From Phoronis australis (lineage: Eukaryota > Animalia > Phoronida), in assembly GCA_002633005.1 (NCBI GenBank), contig NMRA01000216.1, positions 530,441 to 594,440 of the forward strand: a DNA stretch of 64,000 nucleotides, read 5' to 3'. Below the pieces are notes generated by a model. That model saw only the letters and a list, made by a program, of their open reading frames with translations, did not search any database and was not told the DNA's origin. This document shows, piece by piece, positions 14,701 to 28,000 of the stretch. Made by a program: the position numbers and the translations under genes. Within the stretch, counting starts at the first letter, position 1. Each line of letters begins with the position of its first letter.

Positions 14701-17700
14701 CTTTTCCTCGAGCCCCTGCTGCAGTATCACATCAGTTAGCCACATATTTCAGTCAGCCATATGAAAACATATATTCCATTCATAAATTGACCAGCGAAAT
14801 GATTTGAACTTGCTATTACACACAATAGGCCTTGGTTTTACTCCACGCCAACTTCAATCATACCGTAAGCATAGTATGATTTACAGTAAATGCAAACAGC
14901 CAGAGACAATAGGAGTATTTACAAATAGTAGTTGACTTGGGCACTGTTAATTTGTACCACCCACTGGACACAACTTGATGCAAATACCTTACTTGCCTGA
15001 AAATAAATTATCGTGCTTGAAATTCTCTCTGTTTTTGCGTAAATCAGGACCATGAAAAAGTATGTAAAATTTCTTGATTATTACAGAATGTGGTATTTAA
15101 TCCAAATGGCAAGCAATTTGCATTTTTTGTATAATATTTACGTGATGTAGTGGACTTGACGTTTGAGAGCTGTGCAGAATTCTTGACGGAGAATTCTGTC
15201 CGTTTCCTACCATCACAAATGAGTTGACAAAAGGGTAGAGTGGGGTGGATGAAAAACCAGTTGAAATGTTTAGACACTTGCTTGTATGTCTCTGAACCTC
15301 TTTTATTGGTTTGTACAGCAAGCCCATTCATCAACTGAGCTATCCAAGCAAAACTGTTTTCTTTCCATAAGACTAGTCTCCTAATTAAGGCACAGTATGT
15401 CACTCTCAATTAAACTGGTTTCTTAATTAGACTTTATTGGGTTATGCAAAAGAAAGTTTTTGTTGCTTCCAATTTTAGCATTGAAAGTGTAGATGCATAA
15501 AGACTAAACATGTATTTGTATTTGTTCCTTAAATGCGGAATAGCTTTCCTCTTACAACAGTTCTCTACTTATGGAGTTGAAAAACAATTGCCACTATTAT
15601 CTTTTTTCATTTTCAAAGAGTAATTTGCTGCGAAAGTGATTTCCAACAAATGGTATTTCATGACATCTACACATTACAAACCAAGACTAAATATTTTCTT
15701 AATCTGTGTGTTTGCGGAAAAAAAATGACAAAATAAGTTTCGCTTGCCAGCAATGATTGTACGCTAAAGCCGAGAAGATTTCCTGTAATTATCGAAGAGG
15801 TATTGTTATCTGGTTACAGTCTTGAAACTCCCAGAGAGAGCAAAGACCATAATGAACTAATGACAGTAATTTGGTTAAATGCATCACTGAGTATCAATGG
15901 TGATACCTAAGGACTTAAATAGTTCGAAACTGACAAGAAGATAGCAAATTAGAGATAGGTTGAAAGATCATATATGTTCAGGAGGGACCTGACGTCAAAT
16001 GTTAACATTTGATACAACACAATACTCGTATTGTATTTGAGGAGTGACAGTAGAAGGTTATTTAATGATTCCATATAGCCTGCAAGAAGATTTATGTATC
16101 GTGCATTTCAGTTGTTCTGAAATTTCTTTGTCTAACAATTTCCCAGTTCTGGTTGTAAACTGTTGACTGTAAGACTTTCAAAACCATTGCAAGTCCACAA
16201 CTTCATTAAATCTTCGAAAACATTTCAAAAGACCTTGACCGAAATTATCAGGCTACATTATGAATGAAACAGCAAGAAAGTTTCTATTTCTGAAAATGTA
16301 CCAACAAGAAAGCAAAAAAGTTCGCTCTTACATTCCCAGTTAAGTATTGTAGTCAGTGCATTCAGTCGATATTCATGGATGCACATCAAAGAACATGTGC
16401 TCTCTTGAAACTTATTAATTATCAGTTGAATTTGTTTGTAAATGATATCCCATTGCGACTGATACCGCCTTCTGAGCATGGAGTGGGAATTTAGTTATCT
16501 CTGTAGAAACACTTTATCATTCTCGAGTGTCAATTGTCTTGTGAAATACATCAGTTAATTACTGCTGATTTGGATAGGCACCAGAGATTGCGATGGAGTA
16601 TGTATATTTATTCTTCAATAACTGTGTCTCTACAGAAACCCTCCCAGCTGCCATCTTGGTTTTACTCATTTGACGCGCAGTACAGACACACTTATCTGTT
16701 ACTGTGGCATGTCCTATCATACGAGACCTTTTATAATCATTTTTAATTATCAGGAGTGGAGTTTGTATGAAATTTGACCAGCCCACTGTGTGTTGGAAAA
16801 CATTGGCCTGTGTATGATGAAGGACATGGAAATTGTATTGAAAGGATAAAGTTTCACATTTTTTTGTGGATATGTCTTTTCCTTTCCACAACTTGATGCA
16901 CATTCATTTAAATTTCTTAGTGACCTAACATTTCAGACAAGTTACTCTAATTTTTAAGAATTTTTTTCTGTATTCAAAATTATTACGAGACTTTCACCAG
17001 TATGTTATTATCAACATTGCAGTACTGCTCTTACATGCAAACCACTCTTTTACTTGACATCATTTTTGCATTTTTCATGTATTTTGATTCTGTTACATTA
17101 GGTAGTGAGAAATGATATTGTGGGCCTTAAGGTAAACTTGCATGAAGCTACAGTACAGTACAGTAAGAAATGTTGGGGCATTTTACCAGGATGCATTCCA
17201 TGTTCATCCAGGGCCCATCTTCCTTGAATGATAGTTGGAAAATGTGGAATCCATCATGTCTTAAACTATTAACTATCACTTGTTGCATGTTTAGGCCAGC
17301 TGCTGCTGCTGGTGCGACAGATATAAATTGTTTATTTTAGATGTCTGTAAAAAACAAAACAGGGAATAGTCATTAGTGAGATGTTCGTTTCAGGCAAGAA
17401 TGTAAACAGCACCGAACCCCAATGACAGTTGTTTTACAGATAAAAAACATTGGGAAAACAAGATTACAAAGACGCCCAACAGACTACCACTGGCGAGGGG
17501 TTTGGTTTTTTAATTAAGTTTTGCAAAAAAGCGAGTGAAAAAGTCAGAGCGGTAATCTGATCTTGGGAATACTCGGTGACACCGAGGTTTGTATGAAGAT
17601 TCTCCCATGACCTTGTCGCAAAGGTCGGCTGTGGTCAGCTGTGGTCATTTTCCTGTCTTCACCCCAGCCAGACCATCAGCATTCAAGAGCCCTCATTGCC

Positions 17701-20700
17701 CAGCACCAATACCGGAGAGGTTTTTGTATTGGTTTTCAGCCATTTTTAATTTTTTTATTAAATAGTCAGTGTAGATGCAATAGTATCCTCCGTAGCATTA
17801 AGTGTTAATTACTGGCATGCTGTCACCAATGTGGTAATCTAAAAAAACGGTCAAACTAAAGTCGACCCGGGATTCGTGCATGCCAAATTTTTTACTTGAC
17901 GAATAGGCCATACTAGTGAAGATGCGTGATTTGGTTTGTTATATACATTGACTATAAGAGGTCGTTCTATTTCAAAGGCACAACTGAAAAAAGAATGTTC
18001 GTCGGGATGTTTCGGGATGTTTCTGGATGTTGTGGTAGACATTTGCCCCTTGTGGTATGGTCAAATGTCATAATTTTTCATTTTTGAGTGTTGGCATCAA
18101 TGAATGTATTGATAGAGTTAATTGATAAGCATATGGATAAAGATTGTAACTAATTGATTGAGATTAAAAAATCCCATGCTGATTTTTGCAGCCACTGCAA
18201 TTAGAAAACACCAAAAACATAAAAATATTCAGAAATTTTGTAATTTTTATTTTGTGGAATTGCTAGTTGGAAGAATAATTTATATTCAAACAACGTAAAC
18301 CGTGTAGGTGATAAAAGTTCAATTTGTTCGTGGTCGTGTCACAGAAGACTGACAAGTGCGGTGGTGTGGAGACACCTGTTGTTTGGATAATTGTTTACTA
18401 ATTTCATCCTTCGTGCATCCGTCGATGTCACAGGATTATTCAAGACTGATTCTCATTGGATGTGACAGTGGTTGAAGTGTGGTTATGGAGATACAAGGAT
18501 CGTTATATTCTTCTTGGGGACCTTTCTCATGATCTCTGGTCACATTATAGCTGATGAGATTTCCACAGTTTCAAGTCATCACCAGCATCACAGCTGCCTC
18601 GGTGTCCTGTTGGAAAGCTGCAGTGGGCGAGTCCTCTGCTAACTAAAACTGTTCTTTCACAAACAAAGAGAGGTCTTTATCTCTTTTAAATTTTATTTTA
18701 CAATTAGTGACTTGATTTTAGAGAACTAAGGTGAATTTGCTACCCTGGAATTGTAATGGTTAAATTATTATTGCCATAACAGATATTTGTTATTTTTACT
18801 GACTTATGAGTTACTATTATCCTTTTTTATTGTCTTCAATGTTGTGTAGAAGTGTCTGTTGGTTTTAAGTTTTTGTGGCTGTGAACTATCTTTTTCTGGC
18901 ATTTCTACTGAAAAAATAATATTTGGGTTGTGAATTAGCCAATTGTTTCAATGTGGTTAACCACACAACTCTTCATACTTAGAGACATGCAAATACGAGA
19001 ATTGTTTTGGTATCAGACTGTCTTGTGGTGGGCTTGTCAGTTTCTCTATTTGGCAGCAATATCAAATTTTCCCTTTAATCATACTATGGTTGGTTTCCAT
19101 AGCGCACTCTACGAGACGCTTCACAGAAGAGTCTGAAAGTCTGCTGAAAAAAGAAACTAAAGTTGAAAAAAAAGGTGCTTCTAAAAGTTTATTACCATCC
19201 AAATGACAGCGCCTGTTTATTTTCACTCGAGTTAAAAAAGACCCCAGTCCTGGGAAGATGCCTATCGCAGAGATAATCAACTGCCTTGGCTCCGGGATCT
19301 GCTCGATCCGGTTACGATCTGCGGTGTTCATTTCACTTAAAAAATGAGCTGCAAGAATGTTCCCACAGTCCCCGGTAAACACCAAAAAGATAATGTGACA
19401 GATGTTGGCGACAAGTCAATTTGGGACTATCAGCTTCTTCCCAAGTGTGTAGTGAAAGCAGGATTGCTGTCCATATTCTAAGTACTGAGCCTCAGTGACT
19501 GGTGTTGATAATCATTATAAATGGGTTGTGGGAAGAAATTCTTTGAAATACTTTTGGGTGTTTCTGTAACCTTTAAATAGGTGATGATAACATTTTCAGC
19601 ATTTTGTGATTTGAATTTCAACAAAATTTGTAATGATATTGTGCAAGATTAATTAGGTGCTGGTTTAATTATGGTTTACTCTCTAAACCGATTTGTAAAT
19701 GACTTTCTATAATGTATCTGCAAAGCTTAAACTCATGCAATTGATTGACAAGTTCAAGTGCAAAAAATGTTGTGTTAAATTGGGATTTTTGTAGCTTGAT
19801 TTTACGTGCTAAGTGAAGTGAACATGAAAACCTATTGAGCTGAGCTAATGCTATTGATTCCTGGAAGCCCTACTGTCAGTAAGACAACTGGCGCTTGTCA
19901 GTTTGTTAAAGACTTTGTGTACTACGAACTCATCGGTGCCACCAACCGTTAAAAGTCTGTTTACCTTCACTAGTTTTACTTTCTACCTACACTGGTAACA
20001 CCTTGTCGTATTCTCATCATTACTGTCTACTTGGTGTGTCTAATTATCAATGTCTATTTACCTATTGGCACAACTTGGTCAATACCTCGGGCCTCACCCG
20101 TGCAGCAGACAGGATAACTTGGGACATCGTGACTGTACTTTTACTGTCACCAGGAGCTGTCTTTTTCACAAGAAATATCATCACACCAGTTTTGTTAAAT
20201 GGCTCTGAGCTATCAAATTAGAAGTACCCGGTATGTACGACTGGCTATTTAACACTCCTGTATTGCCTTGTAATTAATTACATTTAACTTGCATATGGAG
20301 GCAGTAATTTTCTGGTTGTTTTTTGACATTTTTTATTGAGTGGTCAACAATTTTCTACTGTCGTTTAGCTTTTCAATCTAAATATTTGTTTTATCCTGGA
20401 TTTGTTGACTGATAGCGTGCTTAATTTATGGCGTAATGTGTGAACTCTCAATGTGCGAAGATTATATGATGGATGTCTTTTTGCAAGGTTTGATATAATT
20501 ACGGCCCATCTCTAGGAGATGCACGGCAAACAGACTCCTAGCAACCACCTGGCGCAAGTAATCTTGAAGCCATCATTTGATAAATGAGAATTTTTCATAA
20601 TTAACTGTTACAAGATTCAGATCGGTTTTGAGAAGAGAAAAGATAACTACTGAAAAGCTTGGTAACTCTTTTCTCTTCAAAGAGTGTACCTGAGCGAGAG

Positions 20701-21810
20701 ATGTGATTTGGGACAAAGTTGTGCATGGTATTGTGTCCTGCAACTTTACCAAATAGATAAGATTGAAATATATACAGTTATGTCAATTTGTGAAATACGA
20801 TTATATGTTTGCACGGGGATCCAGATCTTGTTTTGTCTAATAAATAGTGCCCTCACTGGAGTAGTCTATTCTTCAATTGATCATCCTTGACGATCCTCAT
20901 ATTTATTCAAGAATCGTTTAGCTGACAAAACTCACTGTCAACAAAGATGCTACGCACTGGTCAGGTATCAAAGGAATGATCAGCTTAGACCGTTTTCATC
21001 AAATAACACAGACATGATCGGACACAAAGACCAGTCACTCATTGGCTTTGTGCGACTTTGTCATGAGACAAAACACCCAGCCTTCTTTTCATTACATGAG
21101 AGAACACACCTCGTCACAAAAGGTGACGCTCAAAAAACACAGGGGATAAGTGAAGACCATGATATCAGATTACCCTTTTCACCGTGTGATTATCTGCTAA
21201 ATTGTTGGTTTGCGTGTCCCCTAGGTGTAAAAACACTGTAGGAATACCGTTAAGCCTGAGGGTAGCCTTGTGTGATCACTGTCTTGCTTTATTTGCAAGT
21301 AAGCAAGGAATGACAGTGTTGAGATGGGAATGTTGACTTATCTTAATAAGTGGTATGTTACCACCTGCAAGTGATGCTCATGGACAAAATTTCTGTTGCC
21401 ATAAGAGAGAATATCTCACGAGTGACTGGGGATATTGAATACGCCACTTAACTGTATTGTGCCATGAGAGATGAGTTGTTCAACCTTGATCTAGCATTGG
21501 GTTTTGAACACCAATAAACATTATAGCTACAATCGATAACATTTTGTTTCACATGAAAAGTTGTAATACTAAAGGAGTGTAATTTTCATACTTCATCAAA
21601 TTTATAGATAGTTGAAGCACCTATGGACCAGGATTCTGTCCAAAAAGCAGTTTTTGTATTTTCAATTATGCCGCCAGTTACCTGTAAAAAATTGGTCTCA
21701 ACTCCACCCTTAATCTGATGGGAAACGGTTTCTGTTGTTCTAAAGAACTGAGAATCAGTTATTCTTAGATACCATTCTCGGCCATAAAATGAGAGGCTGT
21801 GAAAAGCCCA

Positions 21811-22042
21811 ACACTGTGTAGGCCTGGCCTCATCCAATGACACTGTGTAGGCCTGGCCTCAACCAATGACACTGTGTAGGCCTGGCCTCAACCAATGACA
21901 CTGTGTAGGCCTGGCCTCAACCAATGACACTGTGTAGGTCTGGCCCCAACCAATGACACTGTGTAGGCCTGGCCTCATCCAATGACACTGTGTAGGCCTG
22001 GCCTCAACCAATGACACTCTGTAGGCCTGGCCTCAACCAATG
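21811..22042. repeat. Minisatellite, 8 x 29 bp (ACACTGTGTAGGCCTGGCCTCAACCAATG)
   Basis: Units start at 21811, 21840, 21869, 21898, 21927, 21956, 21985 and 22014, with 0-2 substitutions each and no spacers. Confidence 0.97.
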
Positions 22043-25000
22043 ACCAAGAGTCAGTTCTTTTGAAGCTCTGAAATGATTTACCTCCAATTTGACTAAGCAA
22101 TTCAGACCAATTTCATAACAGTAAGTCGTCTAAATATTTTTTGTGGTGGAAGGCAGGTTTACGACCTTTCTAATTGATTTAAAGGTAGCCATTACATGAT
22201 ACTATGTGATATTGAAATAAATAAAAACAATGCTCTATGGTTATGTCGTACAGAAATGCAGGGTATTCTCTTTCTGTCAGATTCATTGGTTCATATTTTA
22301 GTCACATTTCAGGTTTACAGAATGATAAATTTGTAATTTTCCAGAAATGTCTAAACTCCAAAGTTTTAACTTCATTAAGTGTAAATATAATTCAATGGTC
22401 ATGGACACTTGCCTAGGTTTGAATATAGTGAAATAGTTTTAGCATAAATTCGGGAATTTTATGTCATCTGATTTATTGTATCTTCTTTTTTTCTAACCAT
22501 TTTCTTGAAGAACCCCTTTTTCCAAACAGTTTATTCCATTTCATTTACTCCTTCATATTTGATTGTGATGTACATTTTGAAGGTGTTGTCTTTATACTGT
22601 CAGTAGAGTCAGGGCATGTGATGTCACCACAACACGTTTTTATCCACACAAAAGCTGTAAATCTGGGTGAGCCATCATATATCTCCACCTAGTCCCCACT
22701 GTCATTAAATCTGTCAAGTTGTTGCTAGAAATCACACCTTAGGAAAAAAATCATTCTTGCAACTTGAAATTGTCAACTTGAGGCCCTGTAACCTGGATGA
22801 CAAACTCTTGATGATGTATCTGTGATGTGCTCCCTGTTGATATAAACCCTAAATAATATCCCATGATACCATCTCCACATACATAAGCTTTGTCATTTAA
22901 ATGCATTAAATTTTATTAATATTTGCTTCGTATTTATATTATTATCGTTATCTTTGGGGATTTATCCTGTACTCAAGGATGTCAGACAAGACAGACGGGC
23001 TATACAAACACTATCAGTATCTTCTAAATCCCTGTTTTATAGGATATTAAATCATCGCTGTCTTCTGCTATCTAAACAAAATTTGTTACTTTAGAAATCA
23101 TGGTGTGGCTTACTCAGTGCACACCTGATGTTTGAGGATGAAACCTGGGCCACGTAATTTGACATTAGCTTCCAGTTGTGACAAAAAATCTTCGCTTGTG
23201 GAATGGGAACAATGAACTAAATCTCACAATTGAACATTCTAAAACTCACCGACCAGTCATTGGTCGCCATTTTGTTTACTGGCGAACCGTTCACCTTTCA
23301 CTCACATTATTTTACGAGGTCCTGTTCCCTCCATTATGTCCTACTCAAACTAGTGGCTGTTCCAGAACCAATGTTTCATTACATTTGTTGAGGTGAACAC
23401 TGATGGGAAGGTAACCTAAACATCAGCCGTATATCTCAGGGACTTTGAAGTTGAGCTAAAATCCTATTACTGAGGTTTCTATTAATGAACTTTCTTAATT
23501 GAGAGTTTCACTTCAATATTTTTTTGCACGGCAGCAGCGTGTTGGGTTCTAGAAGTATCAAGTTTTTGGAGATTGTCACGCGCTCTTGGGTTCACGACCC
23601 CAACAAAATTTTCGCACTATGGGTCATGACCCCAGTTGTTCAGGAATTATCAACAGATGTCCTGTTGACCACTTAGGATAACACTGTAGCCATTAAAATA
23701 AATAAAACTTTTCAACCAAAAACATTTAATTTGGAATGTCTGATGACAACTTTTTGCAAATACAACCCAATTGCAAATTTAGCAAATTTTAAGTTCACCA
23801 GTTTGTGTTTATTTGTGATTAATTTCACTAAGCTGACAACAAAAACGGATTTCTTGAACGGTACTCTTTCATAGAATGAGATTACAAATTACTGCGTTAT
23901 TTTTAGTCCTCACTGACTGCTTTGTGCCGTCTGTGCACCTGTAAGACTCATTATTAGGATTCCACCCTTCGTCGCACAATAGGTCTTCTTCAGACTGGAC
24001 CAGCCCGCAAGCTGCACTTGTGTACAGGTGATTGTTATTGTAACACTAGCCAACAAGTAGATTCTCCTGGGTGCAAGAAGAACAGGGTAAAATAACAAAA
24101 ATAATGGAGTGTGAATAATGATGAGTTTGTACAAGACAACAGCCATTGAAGGGATACCTGCCTTGTTGTGGCTGGATTGTTCCCTCAGGTGTTAGGAAGG
24201 TGATAAGATGTTATGATAAGTTCCACTGCTGTCTCTTGTCAGTTTCCATGTACCTGGACAGACCATTCAGTGACCAGGCTGGACAATGGATTACACTAGT
24301 TGACATTTTGACATAGCTTCAGGCACATGCAAAATTGGTGCTTCCTTATGGTGAATGACTTATTGTATGGCAATTGTATGTAACATTTCACAAATAAGAG
24401 TTATCTTCTTCATAATTATTTTAACCTGGTTTACTCACTGATAGATTGCTGTAGACTTTTGCATGGGCATACCTGAACTTATGTAACAAAAAGTGTATAG
24501 CAGTATTATGAAGGAATTTTTATTTTTAATATTCTAATTTCAATTGGCATGCCTAATTCATGCTTTTTTGTATTTATTTTTTTGTATTTCAGTTTTTGTT
24601 ATAAAAGTCGTCGTTTGTCATGTGCGCAGTAATGAATGTTCCTTCAATTTCTATGAAATTTGCCAGTGGTTCATCAACAAGGCAGCATCTTTGTGCCTGA
24701 TGACAAGACGAACCTAAGTCTATTATTTAAGTTTTGTTTAATGTTTTGATCATGTATCTGTGTGACACCTCAAATGTTTGACAAACAGGTACATACTTTG
24801 TGTGCGAATATTGTGATGGGTAAGTTCTGTTTGTCCATTGCTGTCTACATATTTGCGTTGAGTGTGGGGTGGACACTGGTCCATTATAATCTACCAGAAC
24901 CTCCATCTGATCTGTTATATAAATACTCCATCTCAGAGATGACACTAATGCCCCGCACTGTCCTATACTATCCTATTTGACTTGTATTCCGACTCAAGAG

Positions 25001-28000
25001 AAAGTGGCGACTCTCGGAATTGAGTAAATACCTTGAGAACAATTAATGACAGAAATGTCCTCTTCAAAGAAATTGCATTTACACCTCAGACATGCGGAGG
25101 GAAGTACGTTTTTCAATTTTTAATGTTCTTGTGTCGATTTGATAATCGTTGCATATCAATAACACTGCAGAGTGTTTCGCTAGTGACTTGTCTCCTTGGT
25201 TGAAGTTGATGAGCTTTTGTCATTGACTGCTACTGGAGACTGAATGACTGATGTTAAGATGATATCAGTGAGGCAAAGACATTTGTTTTGAGACAAAATT
25301 AATCATTGGTCAATTATTGATCCAGTGGCAATAATCCTGGATATTAATTCCAGATAACAATGGGATAGTCCAATCGATTGTATTGTTTTCACTTAGTCAT
25401 TGGTGTTAAGATCATGATTGGGATAGTCCTGTTAGGAAATGGTATTTGATTTTAAGTTACCCTATATTGAGTGTGAGGTGAAACAAGTAAAAAACATGTG
25501 AAAATCACGTTAATGAGCTCCACACTAAATACTGTACAGCTGTGGGGCCAGTAGTCTTTTTTACAAGATCTTGGATTTTGATAACCAGATGATTCCTGTT
25601 ATTTAGTGGAGAAAATTGGTTCACAAATTGCAAGATCACTATAAGTGAAGGGCATTGCATTTGCAGGCCTTTTTCGAATCTGCAATTTTAGAGTTTGTCA
25701 ACCGCGATAATCTCACTGATGATTTCCATGCTCTTGTTGATTGTGAAAACAAAATCTTAGGATAGTAAGGAATATTATGAGACCAATTTTATGAGAGTAA
25801 AAGGCCTAAATCAAGCATTTTAGCCAGCTAAACAGGGCAAGACTCAGCTTTAATAAGCCTTTTTCGAAAAGTGAAACAAAACAACACTTGCCATTGAAAT
25901 GTGCAATTCAGGTGCCAAGGTAATAGCTGTATTAGTAACGCCTCCCATGTATAATGCACTTGCAGTATGATTTTATTAATTTTGTTTTCTTGTGTTCATG
26001 CGCTAATATGTGAATTCTTATGTTAGCGTACTAATGTATCAAATATACAGAAGTGCATTTGTAATTTCTTTTGTTTCATTGCTGTATTTTGCACCTGTAC
26101 TGAGACATACAACATAAAATAGGCCGTGATAATCCTATGAAAAAATAAAAAGCAAAACCAGAAAGGAAACCAAAAAGACTGTTTTCCATAGTTGTTTCCA
26201 TTGTGGTTCTCTCTTTAGGTGTGTTGACTTGTTATCAATTCAAATACCTGAAATTCATTTGGCAGTATATTATTATTATAGTGTATTACATGTGAAGTGC
26301 TCTTCGATATTAGAGCATTCTTTATGGAAGCGACATCCATTCCAATCTTTATTGGTAAGTAGGCCTTGAATAGATCAATAAATAGACAAAGTTTGTTTAA
26401 ATTATCTGTTGGGCTGGATATTTTTCAGCCAAGTGAAGTGAAGTAGTTATTATGTTCCATATTTGTGTATTATCTAAACCAGAGTGCTAGGACAGCATTC
26501 AATTGGTGACTTAGCCCATTGCAGCTTATCCCCCAATAGTCACCTCTGATGGCTCCAATATTTACAAATTCTTCAACTTTAGTGCACACTTAATGCCAGT
26601 GGAGGTAATCCTTTTGTTCTGCTGTAAACAATTGAGACACTTTGGAGATCCATCCTGAGCCCAGCTGTCCAAATACCAGTTCTGTCAATATCATCTCCAT
26701 TCCGTTTTCTGACAATGACTGGGGGGATGCCATAGGGATGTGGCAGTATACCCAGCCAATAGATCACAGCAAGTGAAGAGGATTATCTCATGTTGCATCA
26801 CCTGCCCAGTAAGAATGGCTTCAAGTGACCCTTGCATGCTGAGATGAAATTACCCTTCATAACACTTGCAGGGGGGGGGGGGAGGGTTTCTAAAGCAAAA
26901 AATAGAAAGGGTTATTAGTACTTCTTCAGTTGTTTCATATTTATTTCTGCAATTGTCCTGTCGTTGGTTTTCAAAGGCGTCTGCCTTGCTACAAATCCTT
27001 CTTATTGTATTAAGCATATCATTATTGTTGTGCACGCAAACAGTGATGTGATTTAAATGTAATAGATTTCTCCTTACGGTTTATTTTTGATGAGAAGTTT
27101 CATCTTTTCCATCGTGTTGTGTGCTATAGAGATGATGAATTATGTTAACTGAAGTTATGAAGAACTTACAACTTGAAATTCTCACTTCAGTGCACAAATT
27201 TGAATGGAATAACTTAAGTTTCCAGCAGCTCTCAATTTTGTTCACTTTATTAATTCTGTGTGACATATCTTTAAAAAATACTTGTGTCCTTTAATTCCTA
27301 TTCTCTCCTCATCAATTTTGCCTCACTGATAGGTTAATTAGCACCTATGGTTATGCAATACAGCAACCTTGAAACGGTCCAAATTTAGCTAACTTTGGAG
27401 CATCATATCTCGTGACTTATCAAATTCACAGGAAACTTTCAGATACTGTGCTTTCTGTGCTTCTCCAAAAAATGGTCGGAATTATTTTTAAATTGTTCCA
27501 CTTTTGCACGAGGGGCTGTAAAAATAGGACTTCGTCTTCAAATCCGTGGTTTTATAGATATTTGACAAAATACACTGACTTCTCGATAGGTCCTTCCAGT
27601 TGCATGATCTTTTTACGATTTTCATCTATGCTACTTGTTCATGCCTTGTAAATGTACTTTTGCATGTATATTCTATGTTAATTCTTCAAAGCATGTGTTC
27701 AGAATAAATATGATTTCACTTAAACAGTTTTTTCCTATGGAAATGTATTTTTTTCAGTTAATTGTTGAAAATTTCAAGAGGGATCAAAACAAAAAGTTAT
27801 GTTTTTTGCGGAAGAAAGAAAAATGCTAGTATTGCAGTAGCAGGTATATTTTGAATTTTGATTTGGACATTTCATTTTTTGCTCGGGTTCCGTCTGTTTA
27901 CTGAAAGTTATGTTGTTTGGTAATTCTTTGAAATTTTTAGTTGCTTGAATTTTATGCCTGTCGCATGATACTTTCCACGTCGATCCAGTAAGTCAGTGGA

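Noticed and set aside
19360-19534. Pair of CSL-like sites (TTCCCACA 19360-19367, TGTGGGAA 19527-19534) and other isolated sites
   Set aside because: Not in SPS (paired-site) spacing and close to background frequency, so much weaker than the cluster at 46.7-47.8 kb.
21811-22042. CRISPR-like 29-bp repeats
   Set aside because: Units are head-to-tail with no unique spacers, there are no cas genes, and the context is a eukaryotic intron.
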